DNA of 64,000 nt, taken from positions 8-64,007 of the forward strand of contig CAVAMJ010000013.1 of assembly GCA_963589785.1 (NCBI GenBank), in the 5' to 3' direction. The notes beneath the pieces were generated by a model. The model saw only the letters and a program-made list of their open reading frames with translations. It did no database searches and was not told the DNA's origin. Positions 59,496 through 64,000 of the stretch are shown here, one piece after another. Every line of letters starts with the position of its first letter. Within the stretch, counting starts at the first letter, position 1. This DNA is from Bacteroidaceae bacterium (GTDB lineage Bacteria > Bacillota > Clostridia > Oscillospirales > Acutalibacteraceae). A program made the position numbers and the translations under genes.

Positions 59496-59696
59496 ATGGG
59501 TAAAATTATTTTTTTACAACTTCCAACATCCATAGGTCACTTTAATCCCACAAAAAAACTTATGAATGACTTGGCTGATAAAGGAAATAGTGTTGTATGC
59601 TATGGAAGTCAAAATCAGTTCAAGATGATTGACAATACTTACAACAAAATTACAACTTTGGTAAAAAACATTGACGAAAGGACTCAAAGAAAATGA
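59496..59696 (+). pseudogene. N-terminal stub (66 codons) of a GT1/MGT-type (UDP-glycosyltransferase) gene
   Basis: MGKIIFLQLPTSIGHFNPTKKLMNDLADKGNSVV matches the GH.NPT N-terminal motif of MGT-family GT1 enzymes, which are normally about 400 aa. Confidence 0.55.
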
Positions 59697-60142
59697 AAAA
59701 ACGCATTGCTATTGGTGCAATAATAAAATACCACTCCAAATATCTTCTGATTAAAAAAATAGCTGAGCACGATGTTCAATCCAATGAATTTCATCCATAT
59801 ATTGATTTTTTGAAGGGCGGAGTTAAAGAAGGGGAATCCTTGACCCAAGCACTCAAAAGAGAACTTAAAGAAGAGATAAATGCAACTGAAGAAATGTACG
59901 ACATTGTTGCTCGTATTGAAGAACCGTTAGTTTTTAAGTTTAAAAATTCTCCATTATACAGCGAACAAGAGACATGTTTTTTTATAATTAAACTGCATGA
60001 TGAATGTTTGAAGCTCAACGCTAACCCAACTGAAGTAGGCGAAATATATTTTGTCGATTATGAGACAATGTTACACTCTCTTGAATTTAAAGAAACAAAA
60101 GAGTTTGTAATACGAAATACTCTTGAATATGGATTAAATTGA
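59693..60142 (+). CDS. NUDIX hydrolase
   Basis: Nudix box GGVKEGESLTQALKRELKEEINA. 149 aa. ATGA overlap with the upstream stub. Confidence 0.85.
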   Translation: MKKRIAIGAIIKYHSKYLLIKKIAEHDVQSNEFHPYIDFLKGGVKEGESLTQALKRELKEEINATEEMYDIVARIEEPLVFKFKNSPLYSEQETCFFIIKLHDECLKLNANPTEVGEIYFVDYETMLHSLEFKETKEFVIRNTLEYGLN

Positions 60143-60161
60143 CTATATAAGGTGTGATATC

Positions 60162-60957
60162 ATGAATAAATATGTTGTGGTATTCCAAAAAGCATTTAAA
60201 TCACAAATAATATAAAAATCGGCTGCATTAAGCGGAATGTTAAGTACGGTTTTATCTTTTGGTATTCAAATCTGCCTTTGGAGGGCTTTGTTAGGCACAG
60301 AATTGTGTGAAGGAAATTCTTTTTATGATATGATTCTGTATGTTTTAATTAACCTCTTTGTGTCTACACTTACCCGAGCAAATGTTTCTACTACAATAGA
60401 AAATGCTATACTTGACGGAAGTATTTCTACCGAATTACTTAAACCGATATCTTATAAATACTATTTACTGTCAAATATTTTCGGTAAAAATTCTTACAAC
60501 TTGATTACAAGAGTGTTACCCGTTGCTGTTATAGGGGTAATCCTTCTGTTAATAGGCAATCAAACAAAACTTTCATTCTTATCTGCGGTCTTATTTTGGG
60601 TAGCAGTAACATTAGGAATTTTGATAATGTTTGAAATTACATATCTTTTTGGCTTACTGGCTTTTAAAATTCAACGCTGTTGGTATTTGCGGTTCTATGT
60701 TGATGCATTCACAAAATTTTTTGGCGGAACAACTGTGCCGCTTTGGTTTTATCCTGCTTTTTTTGCAAAAAGCCAGCTATTTTTTGCCTTTTAGATATAT
60801 AACCTTTGAACCGATTAATATAATTTTAAACCGTGTTTCATTTCAACAATCATGCTTCAGTATTTTAATTGCTGCCATCTGGCTGATTGTTTTGAATCTA
60901 TTAGATTTAAAAATGTGGGATTATGCCACTAGAAATTTATTAATTAACGGAGGTTGA
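60162..60957 (+). pseudogene. ABC-2 family (PF06182-like) transporter permease with an in-frame TAA and a +1 frameshift
   Basis: MNKYVVVFQKAFKSQII-TAA(60213..60215)-KSAALSGMLSTVLSFGIQICLWRAL stays in one frame. At the T7 run (60758..60764) the sequence shifts frame to continue LQKASYFLPFRYITFEP... Confidence 0.7.
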
Positions 60958-60959
60958 GC

Positions 60960-61766
60960 ATGAAAAGATATTTAAAATTATTTTCCAGTTATTTTTCTGT
61001 AACTTTTCGTGCCGGCACAATTTACAGAAGCACATATATTGCGGGCATAATCGGTCAATGGCTAGGATATGGTGCAACATACGCAACAATGTATATTTTA
61101 ACAAGAAAATTTACAAATTTAAACGGTTTGAGTCCCTCAGAGGTCTTGCTGTTATATGGCTTATCTGTGTTGTCTTATTCAATTGCCGCAACATTTTTCT
61201 TTAATTCAGCAACTAATTTAAGTGCTAAAATTAGAACAGGCGAATTTGACCTTACTCTCACAAAGCCACTAAATCCATTTGGTCACGAAATTTTCTCAGG
61301 CATAAATACGGGATGTGTAAGCCATATATCTTTGTCAATAGCAGTAATAATATATGCTTTGATTAACACTTCGTTTGAGTTATCATTCCAAACTGTTGTA
61401 TATCTAATAGTAATGGTTTTAGGTGCAACTCTAATTCAGGCTGCAGCTTTGATAGCAAGTTCAGTTCTCAGCTTTTTTACTTTAAACGAAAATCCTGTGC
61501 TTGATTTTCTTCTGTTCAATTTTAAAGAATTCATAAATTATCCAATAACAATCTATCATAAGGTAATTCAAATCCTACTAACATTTATACTGCCTTTTGC
61601 ATATATTAATTTTTATCCGGCATCATTTTTATTGCAAAAGGGTTCACCTGAGGGTTTCCCTTTTGTTATCGTATATTTGACTCCTGTTGTCGGAGTAGCT
61701 TGCTTTATACTTAGTGTATTGTTTTGGAATTGGGGACTTAAACATTATAAGAGCAGTAGATCTTAA
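60960..61766 (+). CDS. ABC-2 family transporter permease
   Basis: MKRYLKLFSSYFSVTFRAGTIYRSTYIAGIIGQ..., six predicted TM segments, and a GGAGG RBS. Confidence 0.8.
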   Translation: MKRYLKLFSSYFSVTFRAGTIYRSTYIAGIIGQWLGYGATYATMYILTRKFTNLNGLSPSEVLLLYGLSVLSYSIAATFFFNSATNLSAKIRTGEFDLTLTKPLNPFGHEIFSGINTGCVSHISLSIAVIIYALINTSFELSFQTVVYLIVMVLGATLIQAAALIASSVLSFFTLNENPVLDFLLFNFKEFINYPITIYHKVIQILLTFILPFAYINFYPASFLLQKGSPEGFPFVIVYLTPVVGVACFILSVLFWNWGLKHYKSSRS

Positions 61767-61777
61767 AGGAGTTTACA

Positions 61778-62680
61778 ATGTCATATATAGAAGTTAAAGA
61801 TTTGTGCAAAGAATATCAGATAGTTAAAACCGAAAAAGGAATAAGCGGAGCTGTAAAATCCTTGTTTCATCGAGAATATACTGTTAAACAAGCTGTTAAA
61901 AATATAAGCTTTTCGTTGGAAAAAGGAGAAGTTGTTGGTTACATAGGGCCTAACGGTGCCGGAAAATCAACTACTTTAAAAATGCTCTCAGGAATTCTGA
62001 TTCCCACAAGCGGTACAGTAACTGTTGGCGGAATTGTTCCTTATAAAGAGAGAAGTGCAAATGCTAGAAATATCGGAGTTGTTTTCGGTCAGCGTTCACA
62101 ATTATATTGGGATTTACCGATAAGAGATTCATTTGAATTAAATAAAAGCTTGTACAACATTCCTGATGATATTTTCCAAAAAAACACCAACTTTTTCACT
62201 GAAGTTTTAGATATGGAAAGCTTTTTAGATCAACCTGTCAGACAGTTAAGCTTAGGATTAGATGTAGTAAGCAAGAAAATGCTGCGTGAAGCAGTGAAAA
62301 TGATAAACAAAGAAAAAGGCACAACAATAATACTTACCACACACGATATGGATGATATTGAAGCTGTGTGCAAACACTTGATAATGATTAACAAAGGGCA
62401 GATGATGTTTGACGGCGAACTGAAAGCTTTCCGCAACAAGTTTGGACACAAACAAATAATTCGCTTGGAGTTTTCGAGCGGAACACCAACTTGGCAGAAT
62501 ATCGAAGGATTGAGACTTTCAAAAACAGAATCCGATGCACTTGAAATTGAAATTCTTAATAACGATGATATTAAATCGTCTGTTTCAAAACTTTTAAATT
62601 TGTACAATCCACAAAACATATTCATACAGGAACCCAACATTGAGGATATTGTTGAGCTCGCATATAAAGAGCAAGTATAA
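61778..62680 (+). CDS. ABC transporter ATP-binding protein lacking the signature-to-Walker-B segment (probably inactive)
   Basis: Walker A GPNGAGKST, Q-loop and H-loop TTHDMDD are present. The signature stops at QLSLG and runs directly into LDVVSKKML, with no hhhhDEPT Walker B. The LSLG-to-H-loop distance is about 30 aa, against about 55-60 aa in standard ABC ATPases. Confidence 0.75.
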   Translation: MSYIEVKDLCKEYQIVKTEKGISGAVKSLFHREYTVKQAVKNISFSLEKGEVVGYIGPNGAGKSTTLKMLSGILIPTSGTVTVGGIVPYKERSANARNIGVVFGQRSQLYWDLPIRDSFELNKSLYNIPDDIFQKNTNFFTEVLDMESFLDQPVRQLSLGLDVVSKKMLREAVKMINKEKGTTIILTTHDMDDIEAVCKHLIMINKGQMMFDGELKAFRNKFGHKQIIRLEFSSGTPTWQNIEGLRLSKTESDALEIEILNNDDIKSSVSKLLNLYNPQNIFIQEPNIEDIVELAYKEQV

Positions 62681-62689
62681 CTTAGCATA

Positions 62690-62726
62690 GAACCCCTCAG
62701 CTAGATAGGTGAGGGAAGTTCTTTTT
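62690..62726 (+). terminator. rho-independent terminator after the ABC ATPase gene
   Basis: Hairpin gaacccctca / tgagggaagttc plus ttttt. Confidence 0.65.
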
Positions 62727-62794
62727 GACTATATTTATTTAACGGTTCGTTGACAGGTGAGTTCGATTGTAGTAACATCAATTTAAAGGTATAA

Positions 62795-63562
62795 CATTCA
62801 CTTTGTGGCTCAATGGACGGCATGATACTGCCGAGAACACAGCTTGAGCAAGGAATAAGCGAGCCGCCGTTTCACCCTAACTGCAGATGCACAACCGTTC
62901 CTTATGATGAGGATTGGAGTTACACGGGACAGAGAATTGCCAAAGATAAAGACGGCAAATATTATTATGTCCCTGAGACAATGACCTACGAGGAATGGAA
63001 GAAGGAAGTTGTTGAGGGGAAAAGAAGTGGCAAAGTCGGAGACACGTTAGGTGAAACAAAAATCACCGATAAATTTAATATCGATGTTTCTGATGAGAAA
63101 GCAGTCAAAAAGCTTATAGACAAAACCGCAAACGATATTTCTTATGAAAAGCTTGAGCACGCAACAGTTATCACGGCTGACGGAACAGTTTATAAAATGG
63201 TCGGCGGCGAAACCAATGTAAATACAGATTTGGTTGGGGAAAGCTTAGAAGGAGCTACAATCATTCATAACCACCCACCATTAAATGGGACTGATTTTTA
63301 TGATTCGTTTAGCTATTATGATTTTATGGATGCGGTAGCCAATAAGACAAAATTGGAAATAGTTGTCTCAGACGGAAGATTGCAAAAATTCAAATTATTG
63401 AAACAGCTTACTGTTGATAAAGCGTATGACTTATATGAAACAACTAAACTCGAGGCGTTTCAACCTTTTTTTGAAAATAACATAGATATGGATTATCCGC
63501 AATTAGAAACGATGAGAAAGCTTTGTGAGAAAGGTGTGATATGGTTTGAAGAACTTTCATGA
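62795..63562 (+). pseudogene. 5'-truncated phage head-morphogenesis protein (SPP1 gp7 / Mu F family) with uncharacterised C-terminal extension
   Basis: The frame opens at 62795 (HSLCGSMDGMILP...PPFHPNCRCT), which is the C-terminal signature of the family. The N-terminal part of about 200+ aa is missing. A C-terminal part of about 170 aa is of unknown type. Confidence 0.65.
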
Positions 63563-63755
63563 AGCACACAACGAATTGTTAAGGGAAGCACTACAAGATG
63601 TCAATATGTTAGAAAAGCAATATATTAAAGACCATGATAAAAACGGCGAGTACAAAGTTCGTGAAAGATGGATTCGGTATCGTAAGGAAGCAAAAGAGCT
63701 GAGGGAAAAGTATGAAAGCAATGATTTCACAGCCGATGAACGGCTTAACAGCTGA
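63546..63755 (+). CDS. hypothetical small phage-region protein
   Basis: 69-codon ORF overlapping both neighbours. No recognisable family. Confidence 0.35.
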   Translation: MKNFHEAHNELLREALQDVNMLEKQYIKDHDKNGEYKVRERWIRYRKEAKELREKYESNDFTADERLNS

Positions 63756-64000
63756 CGAGATTTTAGAGACAAGAGCTAAAGCGATAAAGTGGCTGGAAGA
63801 TAACGATTACGACTTTGTGGACACGCTTTTTCGCAATCGTTGGTATTCGACTGCATTGTTTCCAAAAATCGGAACGACAAATTATCCGTTATTTCAGCTT
63901 GCCCGTTCTCTTGAGCAGATGAGCAAATGCGATGCGGTTTACTTCTGTAAAGGTTGGGAAAACTACAGAGGTTGCAGAATAGAGCACGAAGCCGCTAAGG
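63712..64000 (+). CDS. DUF4406-like (nucleoside 2-deoxyribosyltransferase-like) phage-associated protein, 3' end beyond the window
   Basis: MKAMISQPMNGLTADEILETRAKAIKWLE...CDAVYFCKGWENYRGCRIEHEAAK is the typical DUF4406 pattern (ISGPMtG...W..S.G...E). Confidence 0.6.
   Translation, partial: MKAMISQPMNGLTADEILETRAKAIKWLEDNDYDFVDTLFRNRWYSTALFPKIGTTNYPLFQLARSLEQMSKCDAVYFCKGWENYRGCRIEHEAAK

Noticed and set aside
962-60215. In-frame TGA (962), TAA (3537, 60213) and TAG (4778) as evidence of stop-codon reassignment, selenocysteine, pyrrolysine or programmed readthrough
   Set aside because: All three stop codons also terminate clearly intact housekeeping genes in this window. No SECIS-like or Pyl context is evident. 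The affected genes also sit beside frameshifted and deleted neighbours. Pseudogenisation, or less likely sequencing error, is the simpler explanation.
1-64000. CRISPR arrays, tRNA/rRNA genes, IS elements, integrases or recombinases flanking the accessory regions
   Set aside because: Scanning the intergenic regions by eye showed no regularly spaced direct repeats, no cloverleaf-like segments and no transposase or integrase ORFs. Mobility of the 6.5-16.1 kb and 58-62.7 kb regions is therefore not supported by this window.

Overview
This is a 64-kb chromosomal segment of a low-GC, spore-forming Bacillota. It looks Clostridia-like (Oscillospiraceae/Ruminococcus-type gene order), but that taxon call is inference only. 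No rRNA, tRNA, CRISPR array, transposase or integrase was seen.

The centre (about 16.3-57.7 kb) is an intact housekeeping block, almost entirely on the plus strand. It contains nusB, a tsaD-like gene, xseA-xseB-ispA, rpmB, scpA-scpB, DUF2953-ytfJ and rluB. It continues with yicC-remA-gmk-rpoZ-priA-def-fmt-rsmB-rlmN-stp-prkC-rsgA-thiN, a TIGR03960/TIGR03936 radical-SAM pair, rplS-lepB-rbgA-rnhB, thrC and tig-clpP-clpX-lon-engB. It ends with a leuA-leuC-leuD-leuB operon preceded by a T-box leader carrying a CUC (Leu) specifier.

Both flanks are accessory and heavily degraded.
- Left flank (0.7-6.5 kb): a MATE efflux remnant, then an intact LysR regulator next to three inactivated sugar-acid genes. 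These are a DgoD-like dehydratase with an in-frame TAA, an SLC13-like permease with an in-frame TAG, and a second enolase-superfamily enzyme with a 1-nt frameshift. An internally deleted alpha/beta-hydrolase follows.
- Right flank (58.1-62.7 kb): a frameshifted GT2 glycosyltransferase, a GT1/MGT stub, an intact Nudix gene, an ABC-2 permease with both a nonsense codon and a frameshift, and an ABC ATPase missing its Walker B segment in frame. A 5'-truncated phage head-morphogenesis gene and a DUF4406 gene (prophage remnant) follow.

The best candidate for an undescribed system lies in the accessory stretch at 11.4-16.1 kb. It is a minus-strand, apparently bicistronic unit. It encodes a 407-aa orphan protein (weak XRE-like HTH at best) and an approximately 1100-aa Ser/Thr-kinase / NB-ARC (STAND) NTPase / helical-repeat protein. 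The unit has its own near-consensus promoter, operator-like repeats and a strong terminator. Novelty cannot be established without database searches.
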